Source: Aggregatilineales bacterium (lineage in GTDB: Bacteria; Chloroflexota; Anaerolineae; Aggregatilineales; UBA2796). From it: a stretch of DNA of 64,000 nt. The DNA lies in contig JBDNDQ010000009.1 in NCBI GenBank assembly GCA_046719055.1, forward strand, positions 2,542-66,541. Reading direction: 5' to 3'. The notes beneath the pieces are model-generated. The model made no database searches. It had not been told where the DNA came from and worked only from the letters and a program-made list of their open reading frames with translations. The position numbers and the translations under genes were made by a program. Positions 19,112 through 28,202 of this stretch are shown piece by piece. Numbering within the stretch: the stretch's first letter is position 1; each line of letters begins with the position of its first letter.

Positions 19112-19140
19112 ATCTTACAAGCCAAATCGGGTGCTGTCAA
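19112..19140 (-). promoter_or_regulatory. near-consensus sigma70 promoter for the WXG100-like/EccC-like pair
   Basis: On the minus strand: TTGACA (19140-19135), a 17-nt spacer, then TAAGAT (19117-19112). It lies about 35 nt upstream of ATG 19077. Confidence 0.55.
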
Positions 19141-19215
19141 ACCTTTTTTATGCTCCTTAACTGCGCTTTCGCACTTGGCAACTTTTGCCACAGGCAGGAT
19201 GGCACGGGTAGTGGT

Positions 19216-21747
19216 TCAATCTGCATCGCCTGAAGGCGGACGCTGATCAGGTGGTACGTAGGCAATCACACGCAGCGGCACCGGCTCGGACTCTTGCTGT
19301 GAGCCATTGGCCAGCCGCACCCGCGCGATGATCGCATAGCTGCCTGCCTCTAGCTGCCACCAAGCCCAGTAAGGCTCATCGTAGACAGCTGCGATCAGGT
19401 GCTCTTGCCCGTTGGCATCCCGCAGCCAATACGAGACCTCTTGCGCCCCGCTCGGCACCGCGACCGAGAGTTTAATTCGTTGCGCCTCGCGTGGAATCAC
19501 AGGCGTGAGCTGGAAGATAGTGTGAGGATCAGGTGTGAGCAGCCGCACAGCTGAAATTGGGCGGACTGCTTCGCTCGGGCGAACGGGCGGCGCTTGGATC
19601 CCATTGCGGGCGGCCCAAGCTCGCGCCTCCTGCGGCAAGACTAAGTATATACGCTCTCGTCTGTATATCTCAGGCGTATTTTCATCAGCCAGCAAGCCCG
19701 TGCGGACGTCTATCGTGAATGGCTGGTACAGATCGTCGTATTTAGTCGGTAGTGTGCCACGAATGAACCAGTCTACGCGCCGCTTTGGGCAGTGCGGTGT
19801 CGGCAGCAGCCCAGAAGGGGCACATACCTCAGCCTGTACCAAGCCATCAGGCCGCTCGAAAGTCAGCTCAGGTTTATCCTTCAACACAGCGCGCATGAAG
19901 TCATGCCAGATCGGACCGGCGCCGCTAACGCCGCTCACATTGACCATCGGCTCGTTGTTTGGGTTACCAACCCAGACCCCTGCTACAAGCTGCGGGGTGT
20001 AACCGACCGTCCAGTTATCGCGAAAGTCGGTTGTTGTGCCCGTCTTCACGGCGGCAGGGCGGCCAATGCTCAGCGGACTGCGCACGCCAAATGAGGGAAT
20101 GCGCGCTTCAGGATCGCTGAGGATATCCGTGATCAGCCATGCCACACGCTCATCAATCACGGGATCAGCAGGTGGCGGCTGTCTCCACTCATAGAGCACC
20201 TCGCCATCAGCCGCCTCGACCCGCAAGATGCTGCTCACTTTAACTGGTCTGCCCATGTTGGCCAGTGCGGCATAAGCAGCCACTAGCTCTGTCAAGCGCA
20301 CATCGCCGCCACCGAGGGCAATTGAGAGGTCGTAGCGCTCGGGGGCGTCTAGCGTGGTGATGCCCAGCTGTGTGAGCAGCCGAATCAGCGCGCCCACACC
20401 GACCTCATCTAGCGCCACGACCGCTGGTATGTTATAAGATGAGGCGAGCGCCTCCCGCACCGAGACTGGCCCGTGCTCTACCAAACCGTAGTTGTGCGGT
20501 GTGTAGCTCTCACCGCGCTTGGTGACAAATGGCGTCGTCACGTCGAGCACCATCCTGGCGGGCGTCCAGGGCTCAAGGCGATTCGGATCAAAGGTCAGGG
20601 CGTAGACGAACGGCTTGAGCGTCGAGCCCGGCTGGCGCGGTACGACGGCCATGTTGATCGCGCCATCAATCTCAGCGTTGAAGAAGTCCACGCTGCCGAC
20701 CATGACCAGCAGCTGCCCAGTCTGCGGATCGATCGCCACCACCGCAGCGCCCGCTGCGCGGCTAGAAGGCTTCTCGGCGCGATCGGTGTTCAGCAGCGCC
20801 AGGTGCCGGCGGGCGGCTTCCTCAGCGGCATGCTGCCAATCCAGATCGAGTGTGGTGATCACGCGGAGCCCGCCCTCGTAGATGCGGGTCGGGAAGTCGC
20901 GCTCCAGCTGCCGCCAGACTTCTTGCACAAAGTGCGGCGCGTTCATAGTGAACTTGCCAGAGCCGTACTGGAGCGGCTCGGCAAAAGCACGATCAGCAGC
21001 CTCTTGGGTGAGGTAGCCCGCCTCCACCATCAAGTTCAGCACGACGCGCTGGCGCGCCTTAGCTGCCTGTGGATTGCGCAGCGGATCGTGCAGAGCCGGC
21101 GATTGGGGTAAGCCCGCCAACAGCGCCGACTCGGCTAACGTCAGCTGGCTCACGTCTTTGTTGAAGTAGACCTCTGCCGCGCTCTGGACACCATACGCCA
21201 GATTGCCGTAATAGGTCTGATTCAGGTAGAGCGCCAAGATTTCAGGCTTGCTGTAGCGGGTTGTCAGCTGGATGGCGAGGATCATCTCGCGCAACTTACG
21301 GCGCAAACTGCGCTCGGCGCGCTGCCCCGCATCGAACAGCAGATTGCGCACCACTTGCTGTGTGATTGTGCTGCCGCCCACGCGCACCTCGCCGCCTCGC
21401 AGGTTGATCCATAGCGCGCGAGCGATCCCGCCCAGATCAATGCCGATGCTCTGGTAGAAGTAGCGATCCTCTGTGGCGATAGTCGCTTGGATGAGCGCTT
21501 CTGGCATCTGCTCAAGCGGCACCAGCCGGTTTCGGCCGCCTTGCGGATCGATCACCTCGTAGAGCAGGCGCCCGTGCCGGTCGTAGAGGCGTGTAGAGGG
21601 CAGCGCTAAGCCTGCGCTCAAGTCATCTAGTGAAGGCAAGTCAGCAAAGAGCCAGACGTACAGCCCACCGAAGGCTGCACTTATCAACGCAAGGGCGATC
21701 AGCGCGATCTTCTGCCGACGGGGGCGATTCTTCCAAAAATGGCGCAT
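19216..21747 (-). CDS. bifunctional class A penicillin-binding protein (GT51 transglycosylase + transpeptidase) with a PBP1C-like C-terminal domain
   Basis: GT51 motifs are ATEDRYFYQSIGID and RKLREMILAIQL. Transpeptidase motifs are STLKP, SYN and KTGTT. An extra C-terminal beta-rich region of ~190 aa follows. GAGGA lies 7 nt upstream of ATG 21747; the ORF-track start is 21765. Confidence 0.93.
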   Translation of the reverse strand: MRHFWKNRPRRQKIALIALALISAAFGGLYVWLFADLPSLDDLSAGLALPSTRLYDRHGRLLYEVIDPQGGRNRLVPLEQMPEALIQATIATEDRYFYQSIGIDLGGIARALWINLRGGEVRVGGSTITQQVVRNLLFDAGQRAERSLRRKLREMILAIQLTTRYSKPEILALYLNQTYYGNLAYGVQSAAEVYFNKDVSQLTLAESALLAGLPQSPALHDPLRNPQAAKARQRVVLNLMVEAGYLTQEAADRAFAEPLQYGSGKFTMNAPHFVQEVWRQLERDFPTRIYEGGLRVITTLDLDWQHAAEEAARRHLALLNTDRAEKPSSRAAGAAVVAIDPQTGQLLVMVGSVDFFNAEIDGAINMAVVPRQPGSTLKPFVYALTFDPNRLEPWTPARMVLDVTTPFVTKRGESYTPHNYGLVEHGPVSVREALASSYNIPAVVALDEVGVGALIRLLTQLGITTLDAPERYDLSIALGGGDVRLTELVAAYAALANMGRPVKVSSILRVEAADGEVLYEWRQPPPADPVIDERVAWLITDILSDPEARIPSFGVRSPLSIGRPAAVKTGTTTDFRDNWTVGYTPQLVAGVWVGNPNNEPMVNVSGVSGAGPIWHDFMRAVLKDKPELTFERPDGLVQAEVCAPSGLLPTPHCPKRRVDWFIRGTLPTKYDDLYQPFTIDVRTGLLADENTPEIYRRERIYLVLPQEARAWAARNGIQAPPVRPSEAVRPISAVRLLTPDPHTIFQLTPVIPREAQRIKLSVAVPSGAQEVSYWLRDANGQEHLIAAVYDEPYWAWWQLEAGSYAIIARVRLANGSQQESEPVPLRVIAYVPPDQRPPSGDAD

Positions 21748-21928
21748 AGCACAATCCTCACACAAAAACGCTGAACATCAGTATAGCGCGTCTGCGCCTT
21801 GAGGAATGGGCGACAATATGCGTGCTTGCCTACGCTCGACTAACGAACGGCGCATACCCTTCACAGTGTTTTTGCGCTATACTGGACGTCCCACGTATCT
21901 TGACCACGATCAGGATGTGTAACACGCT

Positions 21929-23566
21929 ATGCTCAGGAACTTTGTGCGCGCTTTTGCGCTGCTCTCGTGCCTGTCCATCGTCTTTGTGGTGTGTGTGGGC
22001 AGCTTCATACTGACCAACCTGCTCATGCGCAGCACGGCGGCTGCGCAGCCCGCTGCCTCGCGTATCGTCTACGGCCTGACGCTGTTGCCTAGCGGCTTCG
22101 ATCCTCATATTAACGCCTCAGCCGAGTTAGGCATCCCTCTGCGCTCCGTCTATGATACACTCCTCTATCGCGACCCGATCACTAAGACGTTCGTGCCCGG
22201 CCTAGCCGAGCGCTGGGAAATCTCACCCGACGGCTTGGTCTACACATTTTATCTGCGGCGCGGCGTGCGCTTCCATGACGGTGAGCCGTTCAACGCGCTT
22301 GCTGTGGCCGTCAACTTGGATCGCATCACGGCGCCTGAGACGCGCTCACAGAAAGCCGCTTTTCTGCTGGGCAGTTTCGAGCGCTACATCGTGGTGGATG
22401 AGTACACCATTCAACTGGTGTTGAAAGCGCCGTTCGCGCCGCTGCTGGATTCACTCTCGCAAGTTTATCTCGGAATTGCCAGCCCGAAGGCGCTGCGCGA
22501 GTATGGCAACGACTTGTATCAGCTGCATCAGGTAGGCACAGGGCCGTACCAGATGGTCGAGTTCATCCCTGGCGATTACATCCTCCTGCGGCGCAACCCG
22601 ATTTACCGTTGGGGGCCTCCCTTCTATCAGACTGATAACCCATCGCCGGTTGAGGAGATCGAGTTCCGTTTCTTCACTGATCCGGCTACGCGCGCGCCCG
22701 CCCTTGAGAGCGGCTCTGTAGACATCATCGGCGAGCTACCGCCTCTCGACGCGTTGGCGGTGGCGCGCCGCGACGATATTACGCTGATCCCACAACCAAT
22801 TCCCGGCATGCCGCTTCAGTTCTTCTTCAACACGAGCAAGGCGCCAACCGACCGACTAGAAGTGCGCCGTGCCGTCATCACTGCCACCGATCGCGTCGCT
22901 ATTATCGACTCGGTCTTCCAGCAGCTCTCGCCCGTTGCCTACGGCCCATTAACGGCTGTCACGCCCTTCTACGAGCCGCAAATTAAACAGTACTATCCCT
23001 ACAATCGCGAGGTCGCCCGCCAAACGCTGACCGAGTTGGGCTATCGCGATAACGACAGCGACGGCATCCTCGACCTGAACGGCGCGCCGCTGCGCCTGAT
23101 CGTGATTGTGCCGACGTGGGGCTATGCGCCGCAGGTGGCGCAACGCCTGCAAAGTCAGTGGCGCGATCAGGGCATTGCGGCTGAGCTACGCCAAGTGCCG
23201 AACTTGGCAGGCTTGCTGGCTGCTGTGCAGAGCGGCGATTACCACTTGGTCGCTTTTAACGACTTCGGTGCCGATCCGAGCTTGCTCAACAACTTCTATC
23301 TGAGCGAGGCGCGCAATAACTTCATGCGCGTCAGCAACGCAAACCTCGATCAATGGCTGCAACAGGCCGTGCAAACCGATGATCCCGCCCAGCGGCAGAA
23401 CTTCTACACCGGCATTCAAGGCTTGATCATGGATCAAGCGCTGGTGCTGCCGATTCGCGATTACGTCAATCTGAATGCGCACAGCAAGCGCGTTAGCGGG
23501 CTGGCTTTCGATGCATATGGCTGGTTCCCGCTCTTGGCAAATCTGACGTTCAACGGGGAGCCATAG
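21929..23566 (+). CDS. ABC transporter substrate-binding protein, family 5 (peptide/nickel type)
   Basis: 545 aa with an N-terminal TM/signal. It has the SBP_bac_5 pattern (LLPSGFDPH, LVYTFYLRRGVRFHDGEPFNA, GTGPYQMVEF) and is followed by two Dpp-type permease genes. Confidence 0.9.
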   Translation: MLRNFVRAFALLSCLSIVFVVCVGSFILTNLLMRSTAAAQPAASRIVYGLTLLPSGFDPHINASAELGIPLRSVYDTLLYRDPITKTFVPGLAERWEISPDGLVYTFYLRRGVRFHDGEPFNALAVAVNLDRITAPETRSQKAAFLLGSFERYIVVDEYTIQLVLKAPFAPLLDSLSQVYLGIASPKALREYGNDLYQLHQVGTGPYQMVEFIPGDYILLRRNPIYRWGPPFYQTDNPSPVEEIEFRFFTDPATRAPALESGSVDIIGELPPLDALAVARRDDITLIPQPIPGMPLQFFFNTSKAPTDRLEVRRAVITATDRVAIIDSVFQQLSPVAYGPLTAVTPFYEPQIKQYYPYNREVARQTLTELGYRDNDSDGILDLNGAPLRLIVIVPTWGYAPQVAQRLQSQWRDQGIAAELRQVPNLAGLLAAVQSGDYHLVAFNDFGADPSLLNNFYLSEARNNFMRVSNANLDQWLQQAVQTDDPAQRQNFYTGIQGLIMDQALVLPIRDYVNLNAHSKRVSGLAFDAYGWFPLLANLTFNGEP

Positions 23567-23572
23567 GGCGCT

Positions 23573-24496
23573 ATGCTGCGCTTCTTCCTGCAACGGGCGT
23601 TTGGCGCGCTTTTCACATTGTGGCTGGCAGCGACTCTCGCCTTCACTGCGTTGCGCCTGGCGCCCGGCGATGCAATCACGCTGCAATTGACGCTCAGCGG
23701 CGCAACTGAGGGCCAAATCGTGGCACGGCGCGCCGCGCTCGGCTTGGATTTGCCGCTCAGCGCGCAGTACTTGGGCATGTTGGGCGGCTTGCTGCGCGGC
23801 GATTTGGGCGTCTCGCTGGTGAATGGGCGCGCCGTGACAGCGCTAATAGCCGAGCAGCTGGACTCAACGCTATTTCTGGCGATCGGCGCGCTGACGATCG
23901 GCACGCTGCTGGGCTTAGGGCTGGGAGTCGGCGCGGCGCTGGGCAGGGCAGCTCTCCAGCAGCTGTGCGAGGCGCTGATCGCGCTCTTGCTCGCCACGCC
24001 GATCTACTGGCTGGGCACGCTGGCGATCTATTTATTTGCAGTGTGGCTGGGCGTCTTGCCGTCGGTCAGCAGCGGCAATAGCTTACAGGCACTGCTGCTG
24101 CCTTGCGGCACCTTAGGCGTCTCGCTGAGCGGGAGCATTGGGCAGGTAGCAGCGGCGGCGCTCCGCGAGGCAAAGGGTGCAATGTTTGTGCAGCTGGCAC
24201 GCGCTAAAGGCTTGCCAGAGCGCCTGATCGTGTGGCGGCACATGCTGCGCGCGCACGGCGGCGCGCTGATCAGTCTGATCGGCTTGCAGGCGGGCTTCCT
24301 GATCGGCGGCGCTGTAATTACAGAGGCGCTCTTCACGCGGCGCGGCGTTGGTCAGCTGCTGCTGAACGCGGTTAATAGCCGCGATTATCCGGTTGTGCAG
24401 GGCGTGGTGCTGCTGAGCGCGCTCGCCTATAGCCTGCTCAGCACTTTGGGGGATGTTTTGGCAGCCTGGCGCGATCCACGCCTGCAAATATCCTGA
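23573..24496 (+). CDS. ABC transporter permease (DppB/OppB-like)
   Basis: N-terminus MLRFFLQRAFGALFTLWLAATLAFTALRLAPGD. 307 aa with about six TM segments. Confidence 0.9.
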   Translation: MLRFFLQRAFGALFTLWLAATLAFTALRLAPGDAITLQLTLSGATEGQIVARRAALGLDLPLSAQYLGMLGGLLRGDLGVSLVNGRAVTALIAEQLDSTLFLAIGALTIGTLLGLGLGVGAALGRAALQQLCEALIALLLATPIYWLGTLAIYLFAVWLGVLPSVSSGNSLQALLLPCGTLGVSLSGSIGQVAAAALREAKGAMFVQLARAKGLPERLIVWRHMLRAHGGALISLIGLQAGFLIGGAVITEALFTRRGVGQLLLNAVNSRDYPVVQGVVLLSALAYSLLSTLGDVLAAWRDPRLQIS

Positions 24497-24499
24497 GCT

Positions 24500-25273
24500 A
24501 TGCGCCGATGGGGGCTCTCTGGCATATTCTTGGGGCTGCTGGCGCTGCTGAGCCTGGCTGCGCCGCTCATTGCGCCTTACGATCCGCTGGCCGAGGTCGG
24601 GCTGGCCCTAGAGCCGCCCTCAATACGGCATCCGCTCGGCACAGATTGGATCGGGCGGGACGTTTTCAGTCGAGTCTTGCACGGTGGCGCACGGACGTTC
24701 AGCATTGGGCTGATCGCGCTGGGCATCACGGTCTTGATTGGCGGCACGATCGGGTTAAGCGCGGGCTTCTTCGGTGGGGTGCTCGATTGGCTGGTCGTCA
24801 GCTTGAGCGATGCGCTCTTGGCGCTGCCAAGCCTGTTGATCGCACTCAGCATCTTGACCCTAGCAGGCAACGGCAGCCAACAGATCGCCCTAGCGGCAGC
24901 GTTGAGCGGCTTGCCCGCCTATCTCCGCATAGTGCGGGCAACAGCGCGCTCGATACGGGCACAGCCCTACGTGGAAGCGGCACGTGCGCTGGGGGCCAGC
25001 GAGCTGGGCGTGCTGTGGCGGCACATCTTGCCTAACGCAGGGCTGACGTGCCTCTCAGCGGGTGTGATAGCGGTTGCCTGGGCCATCCTGAATGCGGCGA
25101 CACTACATTTTCTAGGTTTCGGCGGCGATCCATCTGTGCCTGAGTGGGGCACCATGCTGGCAGAGGGGCGGACAGTCCTGCGGGCGGCGCCGTGGATCGC
25201 GTTTGCTGCGGGCACGGCGCTCACCCTGAGCTTGCTGGCTATCAACGATCTGGCACGCCGCCTAGCCGCCTAG
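24500..25273 (+). CDS. ABC transporter permease (DppC/OppC-like)
   Basis: PLGTDWIGRDVFSRVLHGGARTF is present, along with the EAA-type loop YVEAARALGASELGVLWRHILPN. 257 aa. Confidence 0.9.
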   Translation: MRRWGLSGIFLGLLALLSLAAPLIAPYDPLAEVGLALEPPSIRHPLGTDWIGRDVFSRVLHGGARTFSIGLIALGITVLIGGTIGLSAGFFGGVLDWLVVSLSDALLALPSLLIALSILTLAGNGSQQIALAAALSGLPAYLRIVRATARSIRAQPYVEAARALGASELGVLWRHILPNAGLTCLSAGVIAVAWAILNAATLHFLGFGGDPSVPEWGTMLAEGRTVLRAAPWIAFAAGTALTLSLLAINDLARRLAA

Positions 25274-25866
25274 TAGATGTAGCCATTGGCAAACTTCAGC
25301 AGCGCTTCTTGTCCAGCCTCTCGGGTGGAGGCGCGCAGTATCCAGTTGCCGTTAATCCAGCCGAATTCATAGTACGTATAGGTGAAGCCTGAGAAGACAG
25401 CGAAGTAGTAGGGCGTGCGGGCCTCTGGAAAGCGCTTCAGTACGGTGGCAGTATCTGTGCCGCTGGCGCGCTCGAAGAAGCCTTCGAAGACCATATCCAG
25501 CGTGGGCGTCCTATCAGGGATGAACTCCACCTCAAGGCGGACGGTCTTGCCCTCTACGTCGTAGTCTGCGATGCCATGTCGCCTGCCTTCAGTTGCATCG
25601 AGCGTATCGACGTTCAGCGCGGTGCGTAGGTAGTCGCCGGCGCGCTCACGCAGGATGAGCGGCCCGGATGTATCCGCTGCCAACGGACGTCGGCGTTGGT
25701 TGAAGCGCTCCTCGACTGGCGAGTGCGTGTTGACGAACCACAGGCTGTAAGCGAACAGCAGCGCCGCGCCGACGAACATGAAAATCACAAAAAACGAGCC
25801 GCTCGTGCGCCATGCCTGCTTCGGACGCGGCGCCTCGTCCTCGATAACGACAACATTCCCTTGCAT
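25270..25866 (-). CDS. hypothetical membrane-anchored protein
   Basis: 198 aa with a single N-terminal TM (SFFVIFMFVGAALLFAYSLWFV) followed by a soluble domain. I recognised no family. Its stop shares the palindrome CTAG (25270-25273) with the convergent permease stop. Confidence 0.55.
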   Translation of the reverse strand: MQGNVVVIEDEAPRPKQAWRTSGSFFVIFMFVGAALLFAYSLWFVNTHSPVEERFNQRRRPLAADTSGPLILRERAGDYLRTALNVDTLDATEGRRHGIADYDVEGKTVRLEVEFIPDRTPTLDMVFEGFFERASGTDTATVLKRFPEARTPYYFAVFSGFTYTYYEFGWINGNWILRASTREAGQEALLKFANGYIY

Positions 25867-25946
25867 AGGCTAACTTTCCGCACACATTGCGCTGATCTTC
25901 ACAAGTCGTACTCAAATCATAGCAGAAAGGCGCGCCAATTGGCAGG

Positions 25947-27200
25947 CTAAGCCAGTCCCAAGCGCTCTACAATCTCGCGCACGGCGGCAAAATCGCGCCC
26001 AACTGGATAGCTGCTCGCATTTACTACGCTCTGCGTGGCGCCGCCGATATCCTTCAAGCCGCTGCCCGTGATGAACAGCGCCACAGACTGGCCTGAGCCG
26101 ATCAAGCCCTTTTCGAGCGCCTTGAGCAAGCCGGCGTAGGCTGCGGCACAAGCCGGTTCCGCAAAGACACCGCTGCTGCGCGCCAGAGATGGGATTGCTG
26201 CTAGAATTTCGTCATCTGTGACGCGCAAGAAAGCGCCATCCGTCTCTCGGACGGCGCGCAAGGCTTTGGCGCGGTCGCTGGGCAGCCCTGCCGAGATGCT
26301 ATCGGCGATAGTGTGCGTGCCGCCGCGTTGTACAGCTTGTGCTGGCACGCCCTCTTCCCAAGCGCGTACCAGCACATCGCTGCCTGCCGCCTGCACGCCG
26401 ATCATGCGCGGCAAACGCTCGATCCAGCCCAACTGATGCAGATCGTAGAAACCTTTGTACTGTCCAGCCAGGATGTTGCCATCGCCCACACTGACGATCA
26501 GCACATCGGGCACGCGCCAGTTCAGCTGCTCACAGAGCTCAAAAGCAGCAGTCTTCTTGCCTTCGGTTGTGTAGGGATTCATACCCGTGTTGCGGCAGTA
26601 CCAGCCGTACTCAGCGCTCGCTTGCAGGCTGAGCGCATAAGCGTCATCGTAGGTGCCATCTACCAACAAAACCGTCGCGCCGTAGACTAAAAGTTGGGCG
26701 ATCTTGGCGGGCGGGGCTTTGGCAGGCACGAAAATAACTGCACGCACGCCGACGCTAGCACATACGCCCGCCAAAGCCGCTGCTGCGTTGCCAGTGCTCG
26801 CCGTCGTGATAACCGAGAGGCCTAGTTGCTGCGCGCGGGCCACCACCATCGCGCTGGCGCGGTCTTTGAGCGACCCAGTCGGATTGCGTGAGTCGTCTTT
26901 GAGCCACACCTCGCGCACGCCGAGTGCGTTGGCAAGGCGTGGCACAGCGATTAGAGGCGTCCAGCCGATGTGAAGCGGTGGAAAACAGGCTGGCTCGGTC
27001 ACAGGCAGGAGCGGCGCGTAGCGCCACATGCTGAAGCCGCTCAGTTGGGCAGGCGCGATGGCACGGCGTAATGCGGTGTAGTCATAGCACATATCCAGCG
27101 TACCAACTGCGCCGCAGCGCGGACAGGTATACGTCACTGCGTCTAGCGCGTAGACGCGACCGCACAACGCGCATTGATAATAGGTGAGGAAGGGGTTCAC
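25947..27200 (-). CDS. threonine synthase-family PLP-dependent enzyme with an N-terminal Cys4 zinc ribbon
   Basis: The Cys4 zinc ribbon is YQCALCGRVY...YTCPRCG. PLP-lysine motif NPTGSLKDRAS and glycine loop ASTGNAAAALA are present. 417 aa, GTG start. I cannot assign the exact reaction (ThrC versus a paralog). Confidence 0.8.
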   Translation of the reverse strand: MNPFLTYYQCALCGRVYALDAVTYTCPRCGAVGTLDMCYDYTALRRAIAPAQLSGFSMWRYAPLLPVTEPACFPPLHIGWTPLIAVPRLANALGVREVWLKDDSRNPTGSLKDRASAMVVARAQQLGLSVITTASTGNAAAALAGVCASVGVRAVIFVPAKAPPAKIAQLLVYGATVLLVDGTYDDAYALSLQASAEYGWYCRNTGMNPYTTEGKKTAAFELCEQLNWRVPDVLIVSVGDGNILAGQYKGFYDLHQLGWIERLPRMIGVQAAGSDVLVRAWEEGVPAQAVQRGGTHTIADSISAGLPSDRAKALRAVRETDGAFLRVTDDEILAAIPSLARSSGVFAEPACAAAYAGLLKALEKGLIGSGQSVALFITGSGLKDIGGATQSVVNASSYPVGRDFAAVREIVERLGLA

Positions 27201-27245
27201 GGTCAGTCACTCAAAGCTTGGCTGCATCAGGGAAGGGATTGCTCC

Positions 27246-28190
27246 TCAAGCGGGCACGAACCATGTGCCTGCCTCGCCGCGCAGGGCGGCTGCTAAATTC
27301 GGCGGGTCGCTGACGACAGCCGATGGGCCACCGTGCTCCAAGAAATGCACAATCGCCTCAACCTTAGGGCGCATGCTGCCCGCAGCGAAATGCTCTTCGG
27401 CAAGGTATTGGCGCGCCTCGCGCAGCGTGACTCGCTCTAGGAAGCGCTGCTGCGGCGTGTTGTAGTGAAGCGCCACACGTGGCACACCCGTCGAGATGAG
27501 GAATAAGTCGGCGCCCAAACCAATGGCTAGCAGACTGCTAGCACGATCTTTGTCGATCACGGCTTGGACGCCACGTAACTCGCCCTTTTCATTGCGCACA
27601 ACTGGGATGCCACCACCGCCGCAGGCGATCACAACGTAATCGTTATAGAGCGTCTCGCGGATAGCATCCAGCTCAACGATCTCGAGTGGCTGCGGCGAGG
27701 CAACCACCCGCCGCCAGCCGCGCCCGGCGTCCTCCACCACGTGCCAGCCCTCTGCCTCAAAGTGACGCGCTTGTGCCTCGCTCAGAAAGCCGCCAATGGG
27801 CTTATCCGGCTTCTCAAAGGCAGGATCATCGCGGCGCACAACCGTCTGTGTGATGATAGTTACCACGCTTTGGTTGATACCGAGTGCGCGCAGACTGTTG
27901 CGTAGGGCTTGCTGCAACATATAGCCGATAGCGCCTTGCGTATCCGCCACAATTAAATCGAGCGGCACAGTATGCACTTCGTGGGCTGCTAGCTCGGCGC
28001 GCCGCAAGATGAAGCCGACCTGCGGCCCATTGCCGTGTGTGATCACTACACGCCAGCCCTGCTTAACGAGCTGGGCGATGTGTTGGCAAGTCTGGCGCAC
28101 ACTCTCCCATTGATGACGCACCTCGCGGCGCTCATCGCTTTGAATGAGCGAGTTGCCGCCAATGGCCACCACCGCGATCTGGCTGGGCAT
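27246..28190 (-). CDS. arcC: carbamate kinase
   Basis: IAVVAIGGNSL, VVITHGNGPQVG and ACGGGGIPVV are present. 314 aa. The start is 12 nt after the response-regulator stop. Confidence 0.92.
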   Translation of the reverse strand: MPSQIAVVAIGGNSLIQSDERREVRHQWESVRQTCQHIAQLVKQGWRVVITHGNGPQVGFILRRAELAAHEVHTVPLDLIVADTQGAIGYMLQQALRNSLRALGINQSVVTIITQTVVRRDDPAFEKPDKPIGGFLSEAQARHFEAEGWHVVEDAGRGWRRVVASPQPLEIVELDAIRETLYNDYVVIACGGGGIPVVRNEKGELRGVQAVIDKDRASSLLAIGLGADLFLISTGVPRVALHYNTPQQRFLERVTLREARQYLAEEHFAAGSMRPKVEAIVHFLEHGGPSAVVSDPPNLAAALRGEAGTWFVPA

Positions 28191-28202
28191 AGAGCGCGCT
28201 CC

